Below are positions 33,301-44,024 of a stretch of DNA of 64,000 nt, one piece after another. Both the position numbers and the translations under genes were made by a program. A model generated the notes under the pieces. It saw nothing but the letters and a program-made list of their open reading frames with translations, was not told the DNA's origin and ran no database searches. The first letter of the stretch is position 1. The number at the start of each line of letters is the position of its first letter. Source of the stretch: Chloropicon primus. Its lineage: Eukaryota. Location of the stretch: contig CP060761.1 of the NCBI GenBank assembly GCA_023205875.1, positions 186,001 to 250,000 on the forward strand, written 5' to 3'.

Positions 33301-34314
33301 ACCTGTCGTAGGCCGGTCCCGACTGCTGGAAGAAGGGCACGAGCCCGAGGGCCCCGTCCGCGGCCTCCCTCACCGCCGGATCGCCCCCCTGCAGCGCGAT
33401 GAGCTCGCTGCTGAACCAGCCGTCCACGCCCATCCAAACGTATGTTGGCCCGGCGAGCCCGGCCTTGGAGGCCGACTTGAGGGCCGCGAGGGCCGACGCC
33501 GTGTTCCCCACGATCAGCGCGTTGATGTTCGTCTTGGCCTTCTTGATCTGCTCCATCTGGGAGGACAGGTCCTTGTCCGGGTCGACCGTCAGGACGAAGG
33601 AGGCGAGCGTTCGAACCGTTATGCCGTCTTGCTCCGCGCTGTCCTTGAAGATTTGCATCAGCTCCCTCGCGTAGTCGTCCGTGGAGTACAAGATGGAGAT
33701 GGACCTCCACCCGATGTCTCGGACGATCCCGGCGAGCAGGGAGCCTTGCCAGTCCTGGCACATACACGCACACACACACACACACACACAGAGAGAGAGA
33801 GTCAGTCCCTCGAAGCGAAAAAGAAAGAGAGAAAGAAGCCAGCCAAAGGGCCTGCACTCACGTCGGGGGGCACAACCCTCGAAAAGGTCGGGAAGGTCTC
33901 CTTGTCCGAAAGGATCGGCGAGGTGGAAGTGTGGGCGACCTGGGGAACCCCAGCGAGGCTGAAGACGTAGTTCCCCAGGACCGACCGACCCGAGCTCCCG
34001 CCGCCGATCACCGCGTTCACCCGGTTCTCCATCACCAGCTCCAGGGCGGCCTCCACGGCGTACGGGTCGTCGTAGCCCACCGCCTTGTAGACCGCCTCAA
34101 TCGTCGTGTTCCACGGGTCCAGGAGTCCCTCCTCCGCGATGGACCTGATGGCCGTCGCCACGCCTTGCATGGCCCCGCTGTCGAACCCCGCCTCCGCCGA
34201 GGAGTGAAACCCCAGCCTCAGAACTCTAAACTCTGCCTCGCACGCCTCCAAGGCTTCCGTCATCTCCGCCGGCCGCTGCACGGGCACCGCGTCGCACACG
34301 GTCGCGTCCCCCAT
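30368..34314 (-). CDS. Receptor-type guanylyl cyclase (ANF-receptor ectodomain, TM, kinase, class III cyclase); exons 34314-33862 and 33754-30368
   Basis: AVIGG..TSTSPILSDKETFPTFSRVVP ectodomain; TM helix; GxGxxG/VAVK/HGDLK/DFG/APE; FSDIVGF, KVETIGDAY, PRYCLFGDSVNTASRMES. Confidence 0.9.
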
Positions 34315-34625
34315 GACGCTCCCAGTGTTGTCGTCGTCGCTCGGGAGGTGCTGCGTCGTCCGTCCGTTACCCTACCAGCGCCGAGCGTTACGACTCCAGA
34401 AACCTTACCTTACGCTACGACTTTTGGACTGCTGTGTTTTTCTTTTTTCTCTCATTGGAAGAGGTTGAAAAAATGTTCGATTATCCATGATGGGTCCTCA
34501 AGGGAAGAGGGTTGGCCAATGGTTGGATGGATGACAAAAAAAGGTTTATTCTAGGCCAGACTTGGTCGTTCTAATTCTTTGTTCTTTGTTCTTTGTTCTT
34601 TGTTCTTTGTTCCCCTCCCCGGGGC

Positions 34626-35981
34626 CTAGTACCTGCCCTTGAAGTCCTTGAACGGCGCGTAGTTGGTCTCCTTCTTGTACACGTGAGGCTCCTTGACGAG
34701 CATGCGGAGCAGCTTGAAGCTGAATCCGGCCTCGTTGCAGTACTCCCCGAACTTGGCTTTGATTCCCTCGTACGCCATCCTGAGGCGGTAGTGGGGGATC
34801 CTCGTGCTCAGGTGGTGGGGCACGTGGACGTTGATGTCGAAGCACAGGACCTCGATCCACTTGGGGTACTTGCAGTGCACGGTCCCCCCGAGCTGGGCCT
34901 GCACGGGGTCCCACTCCTCCTTGGACTTGAAGGGGATGTGGGGCGAGGTGTGGTGGACCAGGGTGAAGACGCTGAGCCAGAAGTGGAACCCGAGCCAGGG
35001 CATGAGCCAGTGCTTGACGAACCCGAACCAGCCCGTGTACTTGACGAGGAGGGGGAAGGCGACCCCGGCGAAAGCGGCGCAGCACAGGATGCTGGTCAGC
35101 ACCTTGGGCTTCTCCGACTTCTTGTACAGGGACAGGTCGAAGTGCCACTTGAGCCAGTGCAGGATGGACGCGAAGAACTTGATCGGGGTGCCCAAGATGA
35201 CCTTGGTCGCCGTCCTGACGAAGGGGCTCATCTCGTCCATCTCCTCCACCACGACGGGGTGCCAGGCGGTGTCCTCCACCAGCATGTTGGTCTTGGCGTG
35301 GTGCTGGGCGTGCTTAAACCTCCAGCCCTCGTACGGGTAGATCAGCGGGGACATCAGGGCGTTCCCGACGAGGTCCTCGACCTTTTTGGACGTGTGGAAG
35401 CTCCTGTGCCCGCAGTCGTGCGCCAGGACGAAGAAGCCCGTGAACGCCGTGCCGGCGATCGCCCAGGCCACAGGGAGGAGCCAGTTCGGCACCACAGCGA
35501 TGAGGACTTGGCTCAGGGTGCACGCCACGAGCGTCAGCGCGAGGCTCTTGTGCGCCTCCGCGTCGTCCTTCTCGAACGCCTCCTTCGGGATCGAGGCGAG
35601 GACTTCCGACATGGGAATCCCGTAGGGCACCGGCTTGCCGACCTTGGTGAAGCCCAAGTCCTCGATCTCCCCGTCCGTGAAGCTCACGTCCCCTCTCCCG
35701 TCGGTGTACTCCACGGCGGTCTCCTCAGTCTGAGTCTCGGTCTCGGTCTCGGTCTGAGTCTCCTCCGTCACCAGGGCCGCCGTCACTCGGACCGAGTTGG
35801 AGGAGCCGCTGGTGCTGCTCCCCTTGCCGTTCTTGCTCTTGCCGCTGCTGGTGGTGGTGGTGGTGGTGTTCCCCACCCTCCTCCTCCTCCTGGCGTTGCT
35901 CGACGTCGACGCGGACGAGGAAGAAGTCGGCTGGCTCGACGCCAGCACTCGCGCCGCGAAGGCTCCCCTCCCACACCTCAT
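34626..35981 (-). CDS. FAD6: Plastid omega-6 fatty acid desaturase
   Basis: His boxes HDCGH, HAQHH and HVPHH; NMLVEDTAWHP; transit peptide; start chosen at ATG 35981. Confidence 0.92.
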   Translation of the reverse strand: MRCGRGAFAARVLASSQPTSSSSASTSSNARRRRRVGNTTTTTTSSGKSKNGKGSSTSGSSNSVRVTAALVTEETQTETETETQTEETAVEYTDGRGDVSFTDGEIEDLGFTKVGKPVPYGIPMSEVLASIPKEAFEKDDAEAHKSLALTLVACTLSQVLIAVVPNWLLPVAWAIAGTAFTGFFVLAHDCGHRSFHTSKKVEDLVGNALMSPLIYPYEGWRFKHAQHHAKTNMLVEDTAWHPVVVEEMDEMSPFVRTATKVILGTPIKFFASILHWLKWHFDLSLYKKSEKPKVLTSILCCAAFAGVAFPLLVKYTGWFGFVKHWLMPWLGFHFWLSVFTLVHHTSPHIPFKSKEEWDPVQAQLGGTVHCKYPKWIEVLCFDINVHVPHHLSTRIPHYRLRMAYEGIKAKFGEYCNEAGFSFKLLRMLVKEPHVYKKETNYAPFKDFKGRY

Positions 35982-36124
35982 CACGTGATGATGCCCCGTC
36001 ACCCTCATGCTTCTTCGAGGACGGTGACGAAGACGAAGACGAACAAGATTCACGCAACACCTGTCGTGGCCACCTCCACTGGAACTCGTCAATTAATCAA
36101 TCGAGCAATCACAATCAAGTCGAG

Positions 36125-36198
<74 letters not shown>

Positions 36199-36200
36199 AT

Positions 36201-36230
<30 letters not shown>
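36125..36230. repeat. (CAAT)~18 and (GCA)10 microsatellites
   Basis: Seen directly. Confidence 0.95.
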
Positions 36231-36234
<4 letters not shown>

Positions 36235-36942
36235 CAGACCTCGTCGTCGTCTCCCTCCACCTCAACGAAACAATCCCAAAGCGAAGCCCAATGCGATGCC
36301 ACACAACGATACACCTATCGTCGTATTGTCCTCCTCGTCCTCCTCCTCCTGGACGTCTTCGTCGTCTTCGAGAGCACAATGGAGTTTGGAGAGACCAAGT
36401 CCCTTCCACCGAGGTCGTCGTCGTCGTCGTCGTCGAGAAAGGAACCCCACCAAGCGAACCGAAACCGAAACCGAAACCGAACAAGAGGCCAAGACCTCGC
36501 TCCCCTTTCCTTCACGTCGTCCTCCTCCTCGTCGACGCTTTCGTCGTCGTCGTCGTCGTCGTCGTCCTCGGTGGTCTGGAGCTTCTCGTCCGTCCGTCCA
36601 ATGAGAGCTCCTCAGCCACCAGTCTGGATAAGTCGTTCATAAGGTGTACAATATATACACCCATTATGAGTCCCCCCCGTTCCCGCTCTCGGAACAACTC
36701 GATCGCGATCGCGATCGATCAGTTTGGCGAGGAGCGAGGGAGGAGCTTGTCCAGGTCTTTGGGCTTCACCTCGACCACCCTAGTTGAGGAGTTACCGCTT
36801 GATCGGTTTCGTGTCTTCCCATTCCAATTCTCATTCCCGTTCCCATTGCAATTCGTTCATTCATTCATTGGAATCGGCTCACGCGCACACGAGCACGAGC
36901 ACGAGGACGAGGACGAGGAGAGACATAGGGGAGTTGTTGGTG

Positions 36943-39900
36943 ATGGAGGGTCTGGGTCGAGGGCTCGGAGGGTTCGGTCCGCCGCCTGCGCTGAGTTACG
37001 CGGACGAGAGGGGTCTACTGGAGGAGCTGGAGCAGGCGGCGACGGGGCAGCTGGACCTGAGGGCGGCGAGTTCTACCATAGCTCACAAGAAGAAGAGTCA
37101 TGGGGGTGTGACGGCTGGTGGAAGGCACGGCCTGGACGCGACGGCGGACAGGAACCTTCTGCCGTACGTGTCGGTGTTCGAGGCCAGGAGCAACGAGCTC
37201 GTGGCCGCGAGCCCCTCAGGAGGGGCCTCGCCCGCGCCGCCGGGCTACGGGTCTTCTTCCTCTGTTCTCGGCCACCCCCAGGTCCAGGCGTCCCCTTACC
37301 TGGCCTCGAGGAGCCCGGCCAAGCAGCCGCTGAGCCGGAGGGACGAGATCGAGGCGGAGTCCGTGCTGGACAACCAGAACGTGGAGGTGTCTTACGCGCA
37401 GATGATGACGAAGCTTGGGCTGGACAGCCTGCAGGGGAAGCCCCTGGACGAGTGCCTGCGGTCCTCGCTCGTGGAGCTGGAGGGCTACTGCCTCAAGCGG
37501 AGCTTCCAGCTGAGCGCGCTGTGCAGGAAGATGATGCACAACACGATGAAGTACGTGTCGTACAAGAACGCGGCGGCGGAGATGAGGCAGGAGGCCGCGA
37601 CGTGGTGCCTCCTGAGGCACCTCTTCTTCGAGATCCCGGTCTTCCTGGACGGGCCCGCGGGGGGGGACGGCGTCGACGCCATGGACCTCGGGGTGAGAAC
37701 CTCCGCGGCCTCGCAGGTTGTCGCGGAGTCCATACTGGCGGACGAGGGCACCAAGGACCTGGCCAACGTGGTGAGCTGGCTGGAGTTCCTGTCCGGCCTT
37801 GACCTGGACGAGAACGAGGCGAGCGGCCTGCCAAAGGTGGGCACCGGGGACGGCGTGTGGTCCGAGACGAAGACTCAGAGCGCCATCGGGAACGCCAAGG
37901 TCGTGACCGAGCTCGACCCGGACGCCCCCGCCAGGCAGGGCAAGGAGCTGAGCAGCGAGAACGCCAAGGACAACGAGAGGCTGCTCAAGGTGGTGTGGTC
38001 CCTCCTGAGGGCGGGGCGGCTCAGGGACGCCTGCAACATCTGCAGGGAGTGCGGCCAGCCGTGGCGCGCGGCCTCCCTGGCCGTGAGCGGAGGGTTCGGG
38101 CCCACGCTGGTCGGGGAGGTCTCCGCCTCGCAGCAGATCGACCCCACGTTCATGGAGAAGGAGTACGAAGCCGCGGCGGACGAGAGCGACGTGGAGCCAG
38201 GGCTGCGGAGGTTCTTGTGGAAGCTGTCCTGCCAGGCGATCAGCGAAAGCGCGTCCGGGGACGCCTCCACGTCGGCAGGGCCGGACGCGGCCGGCGGCGG
38301 CCTGAAGCCCCTCTACGAGGCGGCGACCTACGGCTCGTTTTGCGGGAACACCAGGAGGGTCCTGCCCGTGTGCAGTTCCTGGGAGGACGTGGTGTGGGCC
38401 TACTCGAGATCCCTCTTGGAACGCAAAGTGGACGACACCATTGCGGAGCTGGTTCCTCCGAGCAGCCAGAGCAGGGGCCTGTGGATTGACCAGAGGCCAA
38501 GCGGGGTGCCGACGACCCTGGAAGAGATCTTCGACGCCGTGGACGGCATAGACGCGTCGGAGAGCGCCCAGCTGGTGCAGGAGAGGGACCAAATGCAGAG
38601 GCAGATTCAGCTATTCATGATCGTGAAGGACTACGGCAGTCTTCTCGACTGCCTCAGGAAGTGGATCCTGCACCCCAGCGACCACAGCATGGGCGAGTTT
38701 AGCTTCGGGGAGCCGCCTGCCTCCCCGAGCGCCATGAGGTTTGCTGCGCACCTGGTTCTCTTCCTTCGATTCCTTGGAATCGTTCCCTCTTCCAGCGAAG
38801 GCAACGAGTTCAGCGAGCACCAAGACCTTGTCAACAAGGTGCTGCAGGTGTACACCATCCACCTCATGGACACGGAGCAGCACGACCTGATCCCTGTTTA
38901 CGCCGCGCACCTCAGGGACACTTCCCTGGACCTCACGTACATGATCTTTCTGGATGAAATGATGAAGTACTCGCTGGTCGAGCAGCAGAAGTGCTACGTT
39001 TTGGCCTGCAAGTACCTCGGGGAGTCCGTCGCCCGACTGACTTGCAAGTACGCCACAAAGGTGATGCAGGAGGCTCGGGGCCCCATAGAGGAGAACGCAG
39101 AGCACAGAGCGAATGCCGCTTTGTGGCTGTGTTACGAAGAATCGATGTACCACAGCGCGCTCCAGCACTCCCTGGCTCTGTGCAGGGACTTCTCGATGGG
39201 CGGTCTCAAGTGCTACGAGGCGGCGTCCACCCTCCTGCTTCAGGTCCTTCCAGTGGAGTTCTGGAAGTGGCTCGAGGCCCTGAAGTTCGAGGGAAGCCAT
39301 GCAGACGTCAACCGCATGGACATGATGGAAAATGACACCAAGGCCTTTATGGCCTCAGCAAGCGAGATCGAGGACTGGAGGGAGTGGTACGAATTCCAGG
39401 ACTCTATCAGGAAGTGGATTTCCTTGTGCGGCGTGATCCAGACGGACGTTGGCCCGGACAGGCCTGGTGGCAGCTCGGTCTCGGTCTCGAACGCGCAATC
39501 CCTCCGGCATACCGGGGAGAAACTCATGGACCAAGCCTTGGGTCTGCTGACGAGGAAGTGGCTGCAGACTCAAGACTTGCCCGACGATCATGTCGAGTCG
39601 AGCGACCTGAGCGTGTTCTTGACGTGCTCTGCCGTGGAGAAACCCGCGGGGCACGAAGGAAGGGGGTTTGCCGGAGGTGCTGTCGTGGAAGGCTTCCGCC
39701 TCGGCGTTCTTGAATCTGCGCTCAACGAGGCGCTGCAATCCGAGGGAGGGCACTACGCCGCCAGCGTGAAAGCCGCAGGGGAGGCGGACAAGTTTGAAGT
39801 GAGCCTGTGCAGCGCGAAGGGGGCGGCGGAGGGCGATGGGCCGATGGCGGCGAACCAGGTGGATTTGGAGGCGGCGGCCTACATCATTGGCTGGGCCATC

Positions 39901-40227
39901 AAAGGAAACCTCTCCAAAGACCTCCAGGACATTGGACTAAACGTGCAGCACTTGGACTGCGGAAGCCACCACGGGATGAGCCGGTTCATCTGCAGGCAGA
40001 TTTGCATGTCCAAGCTGGTGCTGCAGTGCATCTACATCAGGCAGGTCCTTTCAAGCCTTCCTGGTGCAGACCCTGGCAGCTCCGCGGGCCAGAACCTGGT
40101 CCAAATGATTGTCGGCGGGAACGGCTCCTCGGCGGACCTGACGCACTACCTGAGCCCCTTCCAGGTGCAGGAGCTCGTGCTGATGGAGAGGGAGGCAACC
40201 ATCAACGAGATAGGAAGCAGGCAGTAA
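36943..40227 (+). CDS. NUP107: Nucleoporin Nup107/Nup84
   Basis: EAATWCLL, VTELDPDAPARQ, LLRAGR..CRECGQPWRAASL, CSSWEDVVWA, MRFAAHLVL. Confidence 0.93.
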   Translation: MEGLGRGLGGFGPPPALSYADERGLLEELEQAATGQLDLRAASSTIAHKKKSHGGVTAGGRHGLDATADRNLLPYVSVFEARSNELVAASPSGGASPAPPGYGSSSSVLGHPQVQASPYLASRSPAKQPLSRRDEIEAESVLDNQNVEVSYAQMMTKLGLDSLQGKPLDECLRSSLVELEGYCLKRSFQLSALCRKMMHNTMKYVSYKNAAAEMRQEAATWCLLRHLFFEIPVFLDGPAGGDGVDAMDLGVRTSAASQVVAESILADEGTKDLANVVSWLEFLSGLDLDENEASGLPKVGTGDGVWSETKTQSAIGNAKVVTELDPDAPARQGKELSSENAKDNERLLKVVWSLLRAGRLRDACNICRECGQPWRAASLAVSGGFGPTLVGEVSASQQIDPTFMEKEYEAAADESDVEPGLRRFLWKLSCQAISESASGDASTSAGPDAAGGGLKPLYEAATYGSFCGNTRRVLPVCSSWEDVVWAYSRSLLERKVDDTIAELVPPSSQSRGLWIDQRPSGVPTTLEEIFDAVDGIDASESAQLVQERDQMQRQIQLFMIVKDYGSLLDCLRKWILHPSDHSMGEFSFGEPPASPSAMRFAAHLVLFLRFLGIVPSSSEGNEFSEHQDLVNKVLQVYTIHLMDTEQHDLIPVYAAHLRDTSLDLTYMIFLDEMMKYSLVEQQKCYVLACKYLGESVARLTCKYATKVMQEARGPIEENAEHRANAALWLCYEESMYHSALQHSLALCRDFSMGGLKCYEAASTLLLQVLPVEFWKWLEALKFEGSHADVNRMDMMENDTKAFMASASEIEDWREWYEFQDSIRKWISLCGVIQTDVGPDRPGGSSVSVSNAQSLRHTGEKLMDQALGLLTRKWLQTQDLPDDHVESSDLSVFLTCSAVEKPAGHEGRGFAGGAVVEGFRLGVLESALNEALQSEGGHYAASVKAAGEADKFEVSLCSAKGAAEGDGPMAANQVDLEAAAYIIGWAIKGNLSKDLQDIGLNVQHLDCGSHHGMSRFICRQICMSKLVLQCIYIRQVLSSLPGADPGSSAGQNLVQMIVGGNGSSADLTHYLSPFQVQELVLMEREATINEIGSRQ

Positions 40228-40295
40228 GGAAGTCTCAAACCAAATTCTTTGCGAGTACTACTACAACTACTCTACTACTACAATTTTTTGTACAG

Positions 40296-41126
40296 TCACT
40301 CTACGAGCAACCTCCTGGCTTGGTGCCACAGCTGGCCAAGCCTGTTTTGTAATTTACGAGCTTCGGCGAAGTTTCCCCCGCCTTTCTTGCCCCCATGGTT
40401 GCTGCCGCACCTCTCTCTCAGCGCCTGGATGGCCCCCACCACTGCCCTCACTTGCTCGTTCAGAGCCTCCAAGAGCTGCCTTCTCTCTCCCGCTGCGCTG
40501 GTACCGTGCTCGGGTTTCGTGGCCGCGTCGTACTCGGCCGGCACTGCGGTGCCGCCGTGGCAATCCAAGTGAACGACGTCCAGCAGAACCAGGTTACTCG
40601 TCCTGATCTCACCGACCAGGTCCCTCGCTTCAAGCTGTCTCACCAAGGGCACCGGAACGAGGCAGAGGTCGACGTAAACGAAGCACTTTCCACCGATGCG
40701 GTGGCACACGAAGGTTCGCTCGGTCCCCTCCACCTCGACGGTCCGCGTCTTCTGCGTGCACAACCCAAGTTGCCGGGCATCCGGAGAGTCGAGGGGCCAC
40801 CTCCACGATACGATCTTGGCGCCCGTTCCCTGGTCGATAAGGTCCACGTTCACCTCATTCCTTTCCTCCACGCTCCGGGAGGCCCGGCCCTTATACGCCC
40901 CCTCGTGGCAGTGCCTCAGCAGGAAGCAGATGGACTTGTTCGCCTCCGTCAGGCACTCCCAGACCACCCTCCCGTCCTCTTTCCGCGCCGCTTTCTGCTC
41001 CTCGATCCGCGTTACCGTCTCGGAGTATGAGCACGACGACGGGTCCTCCCAGGAATCGAGTCCCCTGTCCCTCCTCGGAGCCCAATCCACCACCACCTCG
41101 TCCTCCTCCTTGGCCACTACCCACAT
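40296..41126 (-). CDS. Hypothetical protein
   Basis: 276-aa ORF with host-like codon bias, convergent with NUP107; no family recognised. Confidence 0.6.
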   Translation of the reverse strand: MWVVAKEEDEVVVDWAPRRDRGLDSWEDPSSCSYSETVTRIEEQKAARKEDGRVVWECLTEANKSICFLLRHCHEGAYKGRASRSVEERNEVNVDLIDQGTGAKIVSWRWPLDSPDARQLGLCTQKTRTVEVEGTERTFVCHRIGGKCFVYVDLCLVPVPLVRQLEARDLVGEIRTSNLVLLDVVHLDCHGGTAVPAEYDAATKPEHGTSAAGERRQLLEALNEQVRAVVGAIQALRERCGSNHGGKKGGGNFAEARKLQNRLGQLWHQARRLLVE

Positions 41127-41539
41127 GATGATGATGATGACACGTTTGGATTCATATAAATAGATATAAATCCGTCCTCCTCTCCTCCCTCAAGATATCC
41201 AAGGCATCCCCGTCGTCACCACCACTAATCGAAAGCCAAGCGATCCGCCCTCACTCCACTCCAATCCTCTTCACCGCATTGATCCCCCCTCTCTGTCTCT
41301 CCTTCTGTCGAGGTGATGAATCCCTTTTGGATGCCTCAATCCGACCAAACTCGGGGTCGATCGAAAGCTCGTGAGACGAGGCTTCGACCTGACGACACCA
41401 ACCCAACCTAACCACGCCTCCTCGCCCGCCACGATCCCCTGTTCTCCCTCCCTCTCGTCCCCCTCTCGTCCTCGACTGCTGCCTCTCGCGCGCGTCTTCT
41501 GAATTTCACATTTCATTTCACATTTGAAATTCGTTTTTC

Positions 41540-41562
41540 TAGGGTTTCGCCGTCTAGGGTTT
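41540..41562 (-). promoter_or_regulatory. Two telo-box elements (AAACCCTA)
   Basis: TAGGGTTT at 41540-41547 and 41555-41562, just upstream of the snoRNA-containing intron. Confidence 0.55.
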
Positions 41563-41913
41563 CCGCTTCTTCTTCTTTTTTTTTTTTTGACGGCGCAGCG
41601 CTTCAGTCGGAGAGAGAGAGCGGCGACCAAGGCCGAGGGTGAGTACCTCGACGACGACGACGACGACGAGGAGGAGGAGAGGGACGAAGGCTCGGGAAGG
41701 GCGGTGACGAACGATCTAAAAGCTCCAGCTGAATCTCACAACTTTTTCGTGTTGAGCAAAAACGATACCTCCTACTCATTCCGAGCCCTGGCGCTCGAGC
41801 CTTTGATCTTGATCCGTGCCTCAAGAAAACAAACCGAACGAGCGAGCGAGCGAAGACAAGTTTGTCTTTGGCCCGGCTCTCTCTTCTATTCTATTCTCTT
41901 TCTCTCTCTCTTG

Positions 41914-42016
41914 TGTCGAGATGCTGGTGATGATCAATTCCAAGAAATCCAACGCTGAAAAACTACAAAGAAAAAGCTTCATGTAGACCAAACGCTGTGG
42001 GACTGAGGCATCGACA
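41914..42016 (+). ncRNA. Box C/D snoRNA, SNORD69-like LSU guide
   Basis: Box C GTGATGA 41927-33; D' CTGA 41955 preceded by AATCCAACG, complementary to conserved LSU CGUUGGAUU; box D 42003; terminal stem tgtcga(ga)tgc/gcatcgaca. Confidence 0.75.
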
Positions 42017-42207
42017 GCCGACGAGAAAGAAAGCCACCCGAATACGATTGATTTTGTTTTTGGGGATATTGTTCATGTGGACTGACTCCTCTTCCATCCG
42101 TTTTCTTATTCATGTTGCAGCTTGATTCACTGCCTCCTCGAGTACTCGTGGGAATGCTTCCACTGGTCTCGTAGCAGTGCTTGGTAAGTAGGAGTGTCTT
42201 GTCTTCT

Positions 42208-42322
42208 GTCGTGTGTTGATGTGGGTGATGATGAACCAAGCATACAATGGGTAATTTGCGACTGAACAAAAGGTGTCGACAAAACCTTTTTTATTCCAAG
42301 CCTTCTGACACTTCAACACGAC
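42208..42322 (+). ncRNA. Box C/D snoRNA, SNORD16/snR87-like SSU guide
   Basis: Box C 42225; TGGGTAATTTGCG (13 nt complementary to 18S CGCAAAUUACCCA) before D' CTGA 42262; box D 42305; flanking stem gtcgtg(tg)ttga/tcaacacgac. Confidence 0.8.
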
Positions 42323-42422
42323 GGTTCGGACGACGAATAGTATTGTGCTTTGCTTTGGTTGGTTTTGTGTGTGTTTACTGACGGCTGATTCTCTCGCGTC
42401 GCTTCTCAACGCACGTAGGGGT

Positions 42423-43037
42423 ATGGAGCATCACGACATGGACGCCATGACGTCAGCCTCCACGACGTCGGTGGAGAGCGACGAGGCGGGATCGTTCATC
42501 TCGAACGTGATCATCCAGTCGGAGGTCAGCGCGCCGCGCAGCACGGCGCACAAGCTCTTCGTGCTCGTCGCCTGCGCTTGCGCCGCAGTGTTCCTCTTCC
42601 TGAAGAAGTCGGTCGAGGAAATCGAGGAGTTTGACGGCAGGCCAATCCACGTTCTCTTGAGGAGGCCGGGAGAGGCCAGGGCCGTCGGAAAGACGTTCCC
42701 GAGGGAGAGCTGCAAAACCCTCGGAGACCTCAAGGCGCTCATTTCGCGGTCAGGGGACTGCGGGGAGCCGAGGACGGAGGACCAGGTTGTGGTGTACAAC
42801 GGCAGGGAACTCCGTGACGACAGCATGGACTTGAACCAGTGTCTCCCGGGGGTCACGGGGGGAGAGGACTGGGTGGATCAAAGGGTTTACCCAAACCACT
42901 GGAGCGTGGTCCATCTCAAGCAGCCGAAGAGGAGAGTCAAGAGAGTTGCTTGGGGATTCTGCAAGTCTTATGAAATCGAGTCGCCAGGCCTCGCTCTCGT
43001 CGCCTTCATCGCTCTGTGTACACTAGGATCGTTGTAG
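42423..43037 (+). CDS. Membrane protein with ubiquitin-like domain; probable 5'-UTR intron 41639-42418
   Basis: TM helix, UBL-like TLGDLKALI..QVVVYNGRELRDD, C-terminal hydrophobic tail. Confidence 0.65.
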   Translation: MEHHDMDAMTSASTTSVESDEAGSFISNVIIQSEVSAPRSTAHKLFVLVACACAAVFLFLKKSVEEIEEFDGRPIHVLLRRPGEARAVGKTFPRESCKTLGDLKALISRSGDCGEPRTEDQVVVYNGRELRDDSMDLNQCLPGVTGGEDWVDQRVYPNHWSVVHLKQPKRRVKRVAWGFCKSYEIESPGLALVAFIALCTLGSL

Positions 43038-43255
43038 GAGCACGCGTTCAGCTCAGACAGCAGCGAGCCAGAAGTTTGTAAATATTATTTTTGTTCGAGT
43101 AAAACCGCTGTATCATCTACATGTACTTTGCGTGTCTGATCGGGTTGCGCGTTCTAGGAAGAGGCCAGCCCTCTTTCGTCTTATATTACACACAACACTT
43201 CACCTGTTGTTCTGCCTCCTCGCATCATTGTCATCATCGTCATCATCATTCCCCT

Positions 43256-43711
43256 TCAGGCCTGCGCCGTGCCCTCCGGTTCTGGCTTCTTCCACTGCGT
43301 TTTGTTCGTCGCGAGGTTGTGGTAGTACTTCTTCCCGTTTGGTGCGGTGTATGCCTTCCATCCCACCGGCAAGTCGCTCTCTCCCTCCCCGCTCTGCTTC
43401 AGTTGCTCCTGCCTCTCAAGCTCCTCCTTGAACTTCTCGCTCGCTCCCTTTGTGTCCACGTTCTTCGTGGCGAGCTCCTTCGCCTCCGCGTAGAGCCGCG
43501 CAGCCTCCTCGACCTTCCCGTAGTCCGGCTTCTCGCGAGGTTTGATGTCAAAATAAGGCTTCTTCGGAAGAAAGTGGTCCAACCCAAACCTATCGATCCA
43601 ATCCACCGTCCCTGTCGTGCACTGCGCCGCTTGGTGTCCCTCCTTCCCGCACAAGTTACACCCGTGGGGTGACCAGTTCGGGTCCCGCCGGAGTTTATGA
43701 TGTCTGTCCAT
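43256..43711 (-). CDS. CCHC zinc-knuckle + WW domain protein
   Basis: CNLCGKEGHQAAQC; LPVGWKAY..GKKYYHNLATNKTQWKKP. Confidence 0.85.
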   Translation of the reverse strand: MDRHHKLRRDPNWSPHGCNLCGKEGHQAAQCTTGTVDWIDRFGLDHFLPKKPYFDIKPREKPDYGKVEEAARLYAEAKELATKNVDTKGASEKFKEELERQEQLKQSGEGESDLPVGWKAYTAPNGKKYYHNLATNKTQWKKPEPEGTAQA

Positions 43712-44024
43712 CGCACCCTCTCCTCTCTCGCCCTCTCGCCTCTCGCCCTCTCGCCCTCTGTCCTTCCCTTCCCTCTCTCTCCTCTCCCTCGCTCGCCAGC
43801 AGAGCAGAGCAGAGCAGCAGCCTTTGGGATGATGGCCTGATGAAGGGAAGGGGATTGAGATGATGCTCGAGAGAGAGGACGGAAGGGAGGGGGGATTGGA
43901 TCTCTTTCTCTCTCTGTAAATGTTGTCTGGGACGGGATTGCCCTCTTCGTCCTCTTCCTGTTGTGCAGTGTTCTGTTATTTAAATCGTTTTGTTTTGTAA
44001 GCACAAGAGTTACATTGCTGTTGC

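Noticed and set aside
34593..37802. 1069-aa + strand ORF and many other long overlapping ORFs (e.g. 393, 1314, 13073, 27140, 37216, 61192, 62812)
   Set aside because: Antisense or shifted shadows of real genes caused by GC3 bias; they run through microsatellites and show no domains.
41683..41697. 15-nt match (GACGAAGGCTCGGGA) to the reconstructed empty insertion site of the nuclease element
   Set aside because: Purine-rich low-complexity context with no extended homology; likely chance, though it is a cheap off-target to test.
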